From Bacilli bacterium (lineage in GTDB: Bacteria > Bacillota_I > Bacilli_A > RFN20 > CAG-826): a stretch of 64,000 bases of DNA. Shown here piece after piece: positions 1 to 9,613 of this stretch. Below the pieces are notes generated by a model. The model did no database searches and was not told where the DNA came from. It saw nothing but the letters and a program-made list of their open reading frames with translations. The position numbers and the translations under genes are program-made. The stretch is taken from assembly GCA_045628045.1 (NCBI GenBank), contig JAZQOV010000003.1:64001-128000 (forward strand). Direction: 5' to 3'. Numbering within the stretch: the first letter of the stretch is position 1; each line of letters starts with the position of its first letter.

Positions 1-106
1 CGTCAGGTTCTTTTTCTAAGACTGCTATTCGTAATTGGTAGCGTGAAAGTTTGCGCGCTACAAGCGAGCCAACAATGCCAGCCCCAATTACGATAACATC
101 AAACAT
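1..106 (-). CDS. FAD-dependent oxidoreductase (GlpO/LhgO-like), 5' part only; runs off the window
   Basis: Manual translation from ATG at 106: MFDVIVIGAGIVGSLVARKLSRYQLRIAVLEKEPD, a GxGxxG Rossmann start. Confidence 0.75.
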   Translation of the reverse strand, partial: MFDVIVIGAGIVGSLVARKLSRYQLRIAVLEKEPD

Positions 107-122
107 AAATGTTTAAATTAAA

Positions 123-2288
123 TTATTTTCTATGACCTTTTTTTGCAGGTTTCTTATTTTCGATTGGTTTTTCAATAAATCCTGCTGGTTTTTCAATGAA
201 TTCTCTATGAGAAACTTTGACTTTACCATGGTCGTCAATTTCGCAGACGCGAACTTTTAAGACATCACCAACTTTGACTTTGTCACTTGCTTTTGCAACG
301 TAACCCCAGTCAAGTCTTGAGACGTGACATAAACCTTCACAGCTACCAAATAATTTTACGAATGCACCATAGTCTTCGACTCTGGTGACTTCACCTTCGT
401 AAACTTCACCAACTTTTGCTTCACGAACGATATTTTCAATCATTGATTTAGCTTTGTTGATCATTTCACGGTTCATGTGATAAATGACAACGTGTCCATC
501 ATCATCGATATCGATTTGGACATTGTCACATTGAGCAATAATGTCATTAATGACTTTTCCGCCAGTACCAATAACTTCACGAATCTTGTCTACTGGAACT
601 TGCATCTTATCAAGTTTTGGTGCAAACTCAGAAACATCTGCTCTTGGTTCAGCAATGGCTTTTGCCATAACTTCACGGATTTGAGCACGTGCTTTATTAG
701 CTTGTTCTAATGCTTCAGCTAAAACTTCTCTTGTAACACCAGCGATTTTGATATCCATTTGAAGTGCGGTAATACCTTTTGCAGTACCTGCAACTTTGAA
801 GTCCATATCACCGAAGTGGTCTTCAAGACCTTGAATATCGGTAAGGATTGTGTATGGATTCTTTCTTAAATCGCCATCAGAAATAAGACCCATAGCAATA
901 CCAGAAACAATTCCTTTAATTGGAACGCCTGCTGCCATAAGTGACATACAACCTGCGCAAATTGATGCTTGTGATGATGAACCGTTTGATTCAACAACTT
1001 CAGCAACTGTACGAATTGTGTATGGGAATTCTTCTTCACTTGGAATAACTTGAGCTAATGCTCTTTCAACAAGAGCACCGTGACCAACTTCACGACGTGC
1101 TAAGACACCAATTTTTCCGGTTCCACCAACACACCATTGTGGGAAGTTATAGTGATGAATAAAGCGTTTTTCTGTTTCAGCTGTTAATTCATCTAAGACT
1201 TGTTTGTCGCTTAAAGGACCAAGTGTTGTAGCAGAAATGACTTGTGTTTGACCACGAGTGAACATGGCTGAACCATGGACTCTACGACCTAAAAGGTCGA
1301 CTTGTGCATCAAGTGGACGAACTTCGTCTGTCTTACGGCCATCTGGTCTGACTTTATCTTCGATAATAAGTCTTCTGACTTCTTTATGAACAAGGTCTTC
1401 TTGAATGTTATGAACTTGTTGAACAGTTTTTGCGTCTGCACCGTTTGCAACATATTCTTCTTCAATAGCCTTTTCAACTTTTTCAATATTTGCTTCTCTT
1501 TCGAGTTTGTCTTTTGTTGAGACAGCTTTGCGTAAATCTTTGTCTGCCTTTGCTTGGACTTCTTTGTATAAGTCTTCTGGCATGACTTTAAATTCAATGT
1601 TTTTGTTCTTTTCAACACCAATAGCTTTGATAATCTTCTTTTGGAATTTGCAAAGTTTCTTGACTGCTTCGTGACCAAACATTAAGGCATCAAGCATATC
1701 TTCTTCGCTAACTTCGTGAGCACCAGCTTCAACCATGTTGATAGCATCTTCGGTACCAGCGACACAAAGATCAATATCTGAAACTTTCTTTTGTTCTACT
1801 GTTGGGTTAATAACAAATTTACCATTAACTCTACCAACGTAGACACCTGCAATAGGACCATTAAATGGAACGTCTGAGATACATACACAAAGTGATGAAC
1901 CTAACATTGCAGTAATCTCTGGAGAATTATCGTAATCAGCAGCCATTACTTGTGAAACGACTTGAACTTCATTACGGAATCCTTCAGGGAAAAGTGGACG
2001 CATTGTACGGTCGGTAATTCTACTTGCAAGAATTGCATGGTAGCTTGGGCGACCTTCACGTCTTAAGAATCCGCCAGGAATTTTTCCTGCAGCGTACATT
2101 CTTTCTTGGTATTCAACTGAGAGTGGGAAGAAGTCCCAATCAACAGTGTGTTGTGACATTGTGACGTTACTTAAAACAACAGTGTCACCATAACGAACCA
2201 AGACTGCCGCTTTTGTTTGTTTACCGATTTCACCGGCTTCAACAACAATCTTACGGCCTTCGAAATTTAATTCGAATACATTTTTCAT
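123..2288 (-). CDS. pnp: Polyribonucleotide nucleotidyltransferase (PNPase)
   Basis: FFPLSVEYQER, GKIPGGFLRREGRPS, RGQTQ, SNGSSS, GDMDFKVAGT, KH and S1 domains; start moved to MKNVF (AAGGAG upstream). Confidence 0.97.
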   Translation of the reverse strand: MKNVFELNFEGRKIVVEAGEIGKQTKAAVLVRYGDTVVLSNVTMSQHTVDWDFFPLSVEYQERMYAAGKIPGGFLRREGRPSYHAILASRITDRTMRPLFPEGFRNEVQVVSQVMAADYDNSPEITAMLGSSLCVCISDVPFNGPIAGVYVGRVNGKFVINPTVEQKKVSDIDLCVAGTEDAINMVEAGAHEVSEEDMLDALMFGHEAVKKLCKFQKKIIKAIGVEKNKNIEFKVMPEDLYKEVQAKADKDLRKAVSTKDKLEREANIEKVEKAIEEEYVANGADAKTVQQVHNIQEDLVHKEVRRLIIEDKVRPDGRKTDEVRPLDAQVDLLGRRVHGSAMFTRGQTQVISATTLGPLSDKQVLDELTAETEKRFIHHYNFPQWCVGGTGKIGVLARREVGHGALVERALAQVIPSEEEFPYTIRTVAEVVESNGSSSQASICAGCMSLMAAGVPIKGIVSGIAMGLISDGDLRKNPYTILTDIQGLEDHFGDMDFKVAGTAKGITALQMDIKIAGVTREVLAEALEQANKARAQIREVMAKAIAEPRADVSEFAPKLDKMQVPVDKIREVIGTGGKVINDIIAQCDNVQIDIDDDGHVVIYHMNREMINKAKSMIENIVREAKVGEVYEGEVTRVEDYGAFVKLFGSCEGLCHVSRLDWGYVAKASDKVKVGDVLKVRVCEIDDHGKVKVSHREFIEKPAGFIEKPIENKKPAKKGHRK

Positions 2289-2366
2289 TATGTTCTTTTT
2301 CTCCTTTAAATAAACTATAAGTATTTTATCATATAATGATAGGTTAGGTATAATACTTTTAAAGGT

Positions 2367-2397
2367 AAAAGAAAGGACCATTACATAGTAATGGTCC
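2367..2397 (-). terminator. Intrinsic terminator after rpsO
   Basis: GGACCATTAC-3nt-GTAATGGTCC stem followed by a U-rich tract on the minus strand. Confidence 0.7.
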
Positions 2398-2416
2398 ATC
2401 TTTATAAGTTAATAAC

Positions 2417-2683
2417 TTATTTACGGATTTTTAATTCACTTAAGAGTTTGACGTATGCATCTCTATCTTTCTTTGAAAGGTAGTTTAAGAATGCTTTACG
2501 TTGTCCAACTAAGATGAATAATCCACGTCTGCCAGAAGCATCTTTTTTGTTGTGTTTAAGATGTTCGCTAAGATCATTAATTTGTGCTGTAAGAAGAGCG
2601 ATTTGGACTTGGGCTGAACCTGTGTCTTTTTCGTTCTTGCCATACTTCTTAACAATTTCGGCAGTTCTTTCTTTGGATAACAT
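2417..2683 (-). CDS. rpsO: 30S ribosomal protein S15
   Basis: DTGSAQVQIALLT...HLKHNKKDASGRRGL signature; GGAGG RBS. Confidence 0.98.
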   Translation of the reverse strand: MLSKERTAEIVKKYGKNEKDTGSAQVQIALLTAQINDLSEHLKHNKKDASGRRGLFILVGQRKAFLNYLSKKDRDAYVKLLSELKIRK

Positions 2684-2694
2684 ATTTATCCCTC

Positions 2695-2760
2695 CTATAA
2701 TTAACTTCGCTTAATCCAGGTATAACGTCGGAGTGCTCGTTAAACTTAGAATAAGTTGCG
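2695..2760 (-). promoter_or_regulatory. Probable Firmicutes-type S15 autoregulatory leader
   Basis: Structured 5' UTR (AACTT...GAGCACTCCGACG...AAGTT) directly before the rpsO RBS, resembling the Bacillus/Geobacillus S15 leader from memory. Confidence 0.55.
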
Positions 2761-2835
2761 AGTAATATTATAATGATTTCTTAAATCATTCGCAATATCA
2801 AAAATTGCGAAAGAAAAAGATGGACAATGTCCATC

Positions 2836-3345
2836 TTATTTTTTAACAACAATTTCTGGCATATAGAATTCACAATTGATAAATGGGAATAAATATAAGC
2901 CACAACCAATCGCTGATAAGATTCCGATTGGTGAAATTAGAATAATGCCGATTTTTGTGTTTGGAACGACCTCATCGAATGCGAGGAGAAACATAAATAT
3001 AACTAATGCAATTTCAATAACACCACTCGCAAATCCGGTAACAAGAAGACCTTTTCTTGGAGTAAGTCTTTCTTTGTTCATTATGAATGGGAACATTGAA
3101 TAAACAATGAAGATTGACATAATGAGAACTGCAAGTGCACAGAAGAATAATGCCATTCCAAGGAATGGTTTTTCTTGGAATCCAACAATTCTTACAAGTC
3201 CTTTAGACATTGGATCTGGATCACCAGCAAAGTGATAAAGGAAGATTGAAACAAGTGCATAAATTGCGGCAACTAATGAAACGATTGATGCTGCAATTGC
3301 TGTAGTTCTGAAATTACTTAGTTTTTTGATTAGTTTATTTAGCAT
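2836..3345 (-). CDS. Hypothetical membrane protein (4 TM)
   Basis: 169-aa ORF with four hydrophobic segments; hairpin at its 3' end. Confidence 0.7.
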   Translation of the reverse strand: MLNKLIKKLSNFRTTAIAASIVSLVAAIYALVSIFLYHFAGDPDPMSKGLVRIVGFQEKPFLGMALFFCALAVLIMSIFIVYSMFPFIMNKERLTPRKGLLVTGFASGVIEIALVIFMFLLAFDEVVPNTKIGIILISPIGILSAIGCGLYLFPFINCEFYMPEIVVKK

Positions 3346-3421
3346 ATTTTTTCTCGATTCTTTTCGTGATTTACATTATATATTAAATTTTAAAAAATTC
3401 AATAAATCCACTAATAAAAAT

Positions 3422-4303
3422 TTACAATGTTTTGATGTCCTTCTCAATTTGAGCTTTTAATTCATCAAGAGAACTGAATTTTTTCTCTTCTCGAATGAAT
3501 TTTAGAAATTCAAGATTTATGACGTCAGCTTTAACTTCTCCAACATGATTTAGCAAGTGAATTTCGACAGTCGGTTCTTTTGATCCAACAGTTGGTTTTA
3601 TTCCAACATTCGTGATTGAAACATGAGGAATATTATCGATATAGCAAATCGTTTTATAAACACCAAATTTTGGCAAAACATAATCATCTGTTAATTTAAG
3701 ATTTATTGTCGGAAATCCAATGGTTCTTCCTATTTGTTTTCCACTTGTCATTGTTCCAACAAGTGTGTAATTATGACCTAAAAGGTCATTTGCATATTCT
3801 ATTTCACCATCTTGTATTTTTTCTGCAAGCTTTTGGGCAGAGATTTTCTCACCATTAAAATTCTCAATATCCACCACTTTTACATCAAAATAATCTTGAA
3901 GCGAATAAAGGGTTCCTGAAGCATTTTTTCCGTACCTAAAATCTTTCCCAACAAACACTTCTTTAACATTCATCTTCTTGAGCATTTCGATAAAATCCAT
4001 GTCACTCAAAGATGTAAATTCTTTGTCAATTTTTAAAACAAAATAGTAATCTACACCGAGTTTAGAAATGATTTTAAAACGGTCATCAAGAGAAGTTAAA
4101 ACTTCTTTCTTTTTACCATTATTTATTAATGTAGAAATTGGTTTATCAAAAGTTAATAAACCTAAAGTGTGTTTAGCGTTTTTTCTCGCATATTTGATAA
4201 GTTTTTGATGCCCAAGATGAACACCATCAAAATAACCGAGACAAATTGATAATGATTCAAACCTACTACAAGGTTTCTTATAATCCATCAAAATTGTTTT
4301 CAT
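3422..4303 (-). CDS. ribF: Bifunctional riboflavin kinase / FAD synthetase
   Basis: GYFDGVHLGHQ, GRTIGFPTIN, FIREEKKF motifs; follows truB. Confidence 0.95.
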   Translation of the reverse strand: MKTILMDYKKPCSRFESLSICLGYFDGVHLGHQKLIKYARKNAKHTLGLLTFDKPISTLINNGKKKEVLTSLDDRFKIISKLGVDYYFVLKIDKEFTSLSDMDFIEMLKKMNVKEVFVGKDFRYGKNASGTLYSLQDYFDVKVVDIENFNGEKISAQKLAEKIQDGEIEYANDLLGHNYTLVGTMTSGKQIGRTIGFPTINLKLTDDYVLPKFGVYKTICYIDNIPHVSITNVGIKPTVGSKEPTVEIHLLNHVGEVKADVINLEFLKFIREEKKFSSLDELKAQIEKDIKTL

Positions 4304-5145
4304 CTTAACCCTCTAACGCAAGAGTATACACCATTATCTTCTCTTTTATAAAGAGCTATGATGCCATCTTTGTCTTTTAACAAAATTTCTTTGTCTTCAA
4401 TTGGAAGTCTAAAATGCATTCCGTTCTTTGCTTTTTTAGCGAGTTCACCTTCGACTTCAAAAGATTTTAAATGAGCTAACATTTTTGAGATTGGAATTAA
4501 ATCTTTTTCACTTACTTCTGAACTACGTTTTGCATTTTCTAATGAGTAAGGTCCAACCTCAAGTCGAGTTAACTTTGTAAGATGACCAACTGTACCTAAT
4601 TTTTCAGCGATATCTTCACCTAAAGTTCTAATGTAAGTCCCTTTAGAAACTTTTGCAATAAAAGTGATTTCATCTTTCTCAAAATTCACTAAATCAATAT
4701 TATAAATATTGATATGTCTTTCTTTTCTTTCAATTTCTTTGCCTTCTCTAGCGTATTTATAAAGCTCTTTTCCATTCACTTTTAACGCTGAAAACATTGG
4801 AGGTATTTGAACTTGTTCTCCCAGAAAAGTTTTTAAAGTTTTAACGATATTTTCTTTTGTTAAAACTGGTATTTCTTTTGACTCAATTACTTTACCAGTT
4901 AAATCACCAGTATCAGTTTTCTCACCAAGTTTTAATGTAGCGAGATATTTTTTGTCCATAACTTCTAAAAATGGAGCAATCTTTGTAGAGGAACCAAGTA
5001 GAACCACTAAAAGTCCATCTGCAAATGGATCGAGTGTCCCAATATGGCCTGCTTTCTTTTCGTTAAGTCTACGTGAAACATTATTAACCTCTTGTCTAGA
5101 AGTTAACCCTACTTCTTTATTAATTAATAAACTACCGCTAATCAT
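4300..5145 (-). CDS. truB: tRNA pseudouridine(55) synthase
   Basis: KAGHIGTLDPFA, QIPPMFSALK, SKGTYIRTL. Confidence 0.96.
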   Translation of the reverse strand: MISGSLLINKEVGLTSRQEVNNVSRRLNEKKAGHIGTLDPFADGLLVVLLGSSTKIAPFLEVMDKKYLATLKLGEKTDTGDLTGKVIESKEIPVLTKENIVKTLKTFLGEQVQIPPMFSALKVNGKELYKYAREGKEIERKERHINIYNIDLVNFEKDEITFIAKVSKGTYIRTLGEDIAEKLGTVGHLTKLTRLEVGPYSLENAKRSSEVSEKDLIPISKMLAHLKSFEVEGELAKKAKNGMHFRLPIEDKEILLKDKDGIIALYKREDNGVYSCVRGLR

Positions 5146-5149
5146 TAAC

Positions 5150-5165
5150 TTATATTATAATATAA
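5150..5165. promoter_or_regulatory. Palindromic, overlapping back-to-back -10 boxes for truB and ttcA
   Basis: Perfect 16-bp palindrome TTATATTATAATATAA with TATAAT on both strands, each 8 nt from an ATG. Confidence 0.6.
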
Positions 5166-5169
5166 CTCA

Positions 5170-6201
5170 ATGAAATCTTTACGAACAATTTTAGGATTAA
5201 TAAGAAAAGCTGATCAAAAATATGATTTTTTCCACGAAAATGACAATGTTTTAATTGGTATTTCAGGTGGAAAAGATTCTATGGTGCTTTTAAAGGCACT
5301 TTCTCAATATCAGCATTTCGATTGTGTTAATTTTAAAATTGTTCCAGTAATTTTAGATCTAGGTTTTGAAGGTTTTGACTCAAAACCAATTAAAGATTAT
5401 GTTAAATCTCTTGGTTTAGAGTTAAAAGTAGTTGATTCAAAAGAAGTTTATCAAATACTTAAAACTCAACAAAAAGATGCGCCACATCTTCCATGTTCAA
5501 TTTGCTCAAGAATGAAAAAAGCCGCTATAAATAAAGCAGCTAAAGAACTAGGATGCAACAAAGTTGCATTTGCTCACCATGGTGATGACGCAGTCGAAAC
5601 CTTAATGATGAATGAAATCTTTGGCGGTCGTATTGCATCTTTCCAACCAAAGATGCATCTAGACAGAGCCGATATTGAATTCATCCGCCCACTTATTTTG
5701 GTTCACGAAGAAGAAATCATTCGTTGCCAAAAAGAAGAAAAAATTCCTTCATTTCCATCACATTGTCCAAACGACGGAAACACTATGCGCGCAGAAATGA
5801 AATCTTTATTAAAAGGAATATACAAAAAATATCCATCCGCTAAAGATAATTTCTTCTCAATGCTTGATAATTATGATAAAGAAATTCTTTTTTACAACGA
5901 TATTTTCTATAAAATAGAAAGAAAAGATATTTCATTCAAACCTGTCATTTCCGCAAGCGATTCTAGAGTTGAAACAAGCTTAAGACTCTCTCTTAAATGT
6001 ATGAACCTTAAAGATGATGTTTTACGATACGTTATTTATAAATTAGATAAGCCAATTGGAGTTATTTCATTTATTAAAGAAGAAGTTCCTTACATTAATG
6101 ATCTTTATTTAATAAAAGAACACAAAAAAGAAAAAGAAGTAATTGAATCATTTATTGCAAATAACATCAAATACTTCGATTCTCCGTTTTATCCAAATTA
6201 A
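5170..6201 (+). CDS. ttcA: tRNA 2-thiocytidine biosynthesis TtcA-family protein
   Basis: PP-loop SGGKDS, CSICSRMKK, AHHGDD, IRPL; extra ~100-aa C-terminal region. Confidence 0.85.
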   Translation: MKSLRTILGLIRKADQKYDFFHENDNVLIGISGGKDSMVLLKALSQYQHFDCVNFKIVPVILDLGFEGFDSKPIKDYVKSLGLELKVVDSKEVYQILKTQQKDAPHLPCSICSRMKKAAINKAAKELGCNKVAFAHHGDDAVETLMMNEIFGGRIASFQPKMHLDRADIEFIRPLILVHEEEIIRCQKEEKIPSFPSHCPNDGNTMRAEMKSLLKGIYKKYPSAKDNFFSMLDNYDKEILFYNDIFYKIERKDISFKPVISASDSRVETSLRLSLKCMNLKDDVLRYVIYKLDKPIGVISFIKEEVPYINDLYLIKEHKKEKEVIESFIANNIKYFDSPFYPN

Positions 6202-6230
6202 TTATTTTTATATTAAATACTTATTCGATT

Positions 6231-7370
6231 TTAAAATGATCTTGGACCGTATTTACGAATATCAATTTTAACTACATTCTCTTTACCATAGAAATTTGCC
6301 ATTTTTTTAATGAATTTTCTTACTAATGATTTTGGCACAGCACAAATAATGGAACCAGCGAATCCGCCTCCATTAATCTTACATGCCCCTTTATCATTTA
6401 AAATTTCCATTGCTCTATCACAAGCTTCAAGAGGAGATCCATGATAATGTCCTTCAACCATCATATTTTTAAGATAAGTTGTTGAGGAAATTCTTGAATT
6501 ATTAATTTGCTCCAAAAAAGTTTTCTTGTCATTCACTTTGAGAGCTTTTATTGCTTTTAGAACTCTTTCATTTTCAGAATAAAAATGAATCGATCGTTCT
6601 TTTTCAATTTGAGTTAAACCCGGAGTTTGTTCTAATTTTTCCAAATTTGACTCCCTTAAAAAACTAACACCCATTTTCTTTGCTGCAGACTTCATATCAA
6701 CAGGAATTTGAGAATATAATTTATTCATTGAAGAATGATCACCGCCAGTATTTACCCCGACAAAGCATAAGTCCATGAATGGAAAATCAATATTTTCAAC
6801 CTTTGGATTTTCAATATTTTCAAAATCAATTCTAACAACATTGCCAAAAGCAACACCAATTTGGTCCAAAAGACCACTCGCTTTTCCGTAATAATTATTT
6901 TCAGAATATTGACCAGCTTTTGCTAAAATAATTTTATCAATTTCCCCATTATTAAATAATTCATTAAAAATTTGACCTATTAGTAATTCAAATGCTGCAG
7001 ATGAACTAACTCCTGCTCCTGGAAAAATTGTAGATGAAAGAATGGCGTTAAAACCACCAATTTTCAATCCATTATCAACAAAAAATTTAGCAACGCCTTT
7101 AATCATTGCAGCGGATTTATCATCTTTCGGATTATAATCTAAAGTTGATAAATCAACTTTAAACTCTGAGAATCCAATTGATTTTACATTAATAAAATTA
7201 TCTTCTCTTTTAGAAAGTGCACAAGTGATAGCAAGACTTGCTGTCGCCGCTAAGCACAAACCATGATTATGATCTGTATGATTTCCTAAAATTTCAAATC
7301 TTCCACCACAATCAAAATTAAACTCTGGCTTACTATTAAAAGTTTGTTTGAAAATTCTATTAAGATTCAT
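6231..7370 (-). CDS. galK: Galactokinase (GHMP kinase)
   Basis: GRFEILGNHTDHN, PGAGVSSSAA, SGLLDQ, GGGFAG. Confidence 0.85.
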   Translation of the reverse strand: MNLNRIFKQTFNSKPEFNFDCGGRFEILGNHTDHNHGLCLAATASLAITCALSKREDNFINVKSIGFSEFKVDLSTLDYNPKDDKSAAMIKGVAKFFVDNGLKIGGFNAILSSTIFPGAGVSSSAAFELLIGQIFNELFNNGEIDKIILAKAGQYSENNYYGKASGLLDQIGVAFGNVVRIDFENIENPKVENIDFPFMDLCFVGVNTGGDHSSMNKLYSQIPVDMKSAAKKMGVSFLRESNLEKLEQTPGLTQIEKERSIHFYSENERVLKAIKALKVNDKKTFLEQINNSRISSTTYLKNMMVEGHYHGSPLEACDRAMEILNDKGACKINGGGFAGSIICAVPKSLVRKFIKKMANFYGKENVVKIDIRKYGPRSF

Positions 7371-7371
7371 A

Positions 7372-7731
7372 TTATTTATTCTTCATTAAATTAATTTGTT
7401 CTTGCTCTTTCCTTAAAATTTCGTCCAATCGATTTACTTTTTCATAAGTCTCATCTAGATAAAAAGTAATCTCAGGAGTTTTTCTTATATCAATTTTCTT
7501 AGCAAGTGAGCTTCTAACGTAACCTTTACATTTATTAAGTTCCTCAAGGTTTTGTTTTGGAAACTTGCTTCCTAAAAAAGTTACATAAACTTTAGCATAG
7601 CTAAAATCTGTGCTAACAGAGACTTCACTCACTGTGCAGAAACCAATTTTTGGATTTCTAAGTTCAAATTGAATAATCTCAGAAATATTCTTTCCAATGA
7701 TTGATTGAATTCTTTGGGTGCGATCCGCCAT
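7372..7731 (-). CDS. rbfA: Ribosome-binding factor A
   Basis: DFSYAKVYV...RKTPEITF; directly after infB. Confidence 0.95.
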   Translation of the reverse strand: MADRTQRIQSIIGKNISEIIQFELRNPKIGFCTVSEVSVSTDFSYAKVYVTFLGSKFPKQNLEELNKCKGYVRSSLAKKIDIRKTPEITFYLDETYEKVNRLDEILRKEQEQINLMKNK

Positions 7732-9563
7732 TATTCTTTTTCAACCATTTCGTATGCTTCGATAACATCTAATTCCTTCAAATCATTGAAGTTTTCAATT
7801 GTAAGTCCGCATTCGAATCCTTCTTTAACTTCTTTGGCATCATCTTTGAATCTCTTTAGAGATCCAAGTTTGCCTTCATAAACAATAACACCATCTCTTA
7901 AAACACGAACGAGAGCTGCTGCTTTTATGCATCCAGAAGTAACGTATGAACCTGCGACAGTACCAACTTTAGAAATCTTAATCAAACTTCTAACTTCAGC
8001 TTGTCCAAGAATAGATTCAACCTTTTCCTTCTTATACATACCTTTTATCGCAGCTTCCATTTCTTCAATTAAAGCGTAGATAATACGGTGTAATCTAATT
8101 TCAACTCCTGCTTCTTCAGCTTTAGCTGAAACCATTGCAGTAGGACGGACATTAAAGCCATAAATAATAGCTCCTGATGCGCTTGCAAGCATAACGTCGT
8201 TATTTGTAATTGCACCCGCTGAAGAGTGAATAACATTAATATGAACTTGGTCATTTGAAAGTTTATCAAGGGAAGCTTTAACTGCTTCTGCTGAACCTGT
8301 TGTATCAGCTTTTAAGACAATGTTAACGTCTTGAACTTCACCATTACTTTCAGTAATTCTTGAATAAATCTTTTCAAGAGAGGCTGCTGCCTGAGCACTT
8401 TGATCTTCGGCTTTCTTAGCCATTGCACGCTTTTCAGCAATTTCTTTAGCTTGTTTTTCAGTTGGGAATGCCATGAATTTATCACCAGCATTTGGAACTT
8501 CGCTTAAACCAATAACAGAAACTGGAGTAGAAGGTTTTGCTTCTTTAACAATTTTCTTGTATTCGTTAGTCATTCTACGGATTTTTCCATAAGCAGTTCC
8601 AACAACAACATAGTCTTGGAAAGTTAGAGTTCCGTTTTCAACTAAAAGAGTTGCTTTTGGGCCTTCACCTTTATCAAGATTTGCTTCAATAACTGTACCG
8701 ATAGCGTATCTATTTGGGTTAGCTTTAAGTTCTTGCATATCTGCCACTAAAATAATGGCTTCAAGAAGTTCTTTAATGCCTTTATTTTGTTTTGCAGAGA
8801 TTTCACAAACGATGTTTTCTCCACCGTATTCTTCAGCAATAATGTCATAAGACATTAATTCCGTCTTAACTCTACTAGGATCAGCTCCTTCTTTATCCAT
8901 TTTGTTGATTGCAACAATAATTGGAACGCCTGCTGCTTTTGCGTGGTCAATAGCTTCAATTGTTTGAGGCATAACACCATCATCTGCAGCGACAACAAGA
9001 ACAACAATATCAGTAACTGCTGCACCACGTTGTCTCATAGCAGTAAATGCTTCATGGCCCGGAGTGTCTAAGAATGTGATCTTTTGGCCATTAATTTCTT
9101 TTTGGTAAGCGCCAATTGCTTGAGAAATACCGCCAACTTCACTATCAGTTAAGTGAGAAGATCTGATTGCGTCAATAAGGGTTGTTTTACCATGGTCAAC
9201 GTGACCCATAATTGTGACAATCGGAGCCCTTGGGAGTAAATCTTCAGGTTTATCAACGATTTCAACTTCTTCGAAGTTTTCTTCGCTAACAATTTTCTCT
9301 TTCTTAAAATCGTAGCCAAATTGTAAACAAATTAGCCCGATCATTTCATCATCGAGAGTTTGGTTAATTGTGACCATCATTTTCTTTTCTATGAAAAGAA
9401 ATTTAATGATATCATTAACTTGAATATTAAGTTCCTTAGCAAGTTCACCAACAGTCATGTTACGAGTGAAAACGAATACACCGTTGTTCACTTTGTTTGT
9501 AGCATCTTTTTTGGCTCCACCTGCAGGAATGTTTGCTTTTCTTTGGTCTTGATATTTTGCCAT
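7731..9563 (-). CDS. infB: Translation initiation factor IF-2 (short N-terminus)
   Basis: [31 protein letters not shown]. Confidence 0.98.
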   Translation of the reverse strand: MAKYQDQRKANIPAGGAKKDATNKVNNGVFVFTRNMTVGELAKELNIQVNDIIKFLFIEKKMMVTINQTLDDEMIGLICLQFGYDFKKEKIVSEENFEEVEIVDKPEDLLPRAPIVTIMGHVDHGKTTLIDAIRSSHLTDSEVGGISQAIGAYQKEINGQKITFLDTPGHEAFTAMRQRGAAVTDIVVLVVAADDGVMPQTIEAIDHAKAAGVPIIVAINKMDKEGADPSRVKTELMSYDIIAEEYGGENIVCEISAKQNKGIKELLEAIILVADMQELKANPNRYAIGTVIEANLDKGEGPKATLLVENGTLTFQDYVVVGTAYGKIRRMTNEYKKIVKEAKPSTPVSVIGLSEVPNAGDKFMAFPTEKQAKEIAEKRAMAKKAEDQSAQAAASLEKIYSRITESNGEVQDVNIVLKADTTGSAEAVKASLDKLSNDQVHINVIHSSAGAITNNDVMLASASGAIIYGFNVRPTAMVSAKAEEAGVEIRLHRIIYALIEEMEAAIKGMYKKEKVESILGQAEVRSLIKISKVGTVAGSYVTSGCIKAAALVRVLRDGVIVYEGKLGSLKRFKDDAKEVKEGFECGLTIENFNDLKELDVIEAYEMVEKE

Positions 9564-9613
9564 AACTTTTACCTCACTTTCTTTAATTAATATCTAGAGA
9601 AAATAACTAAAAG

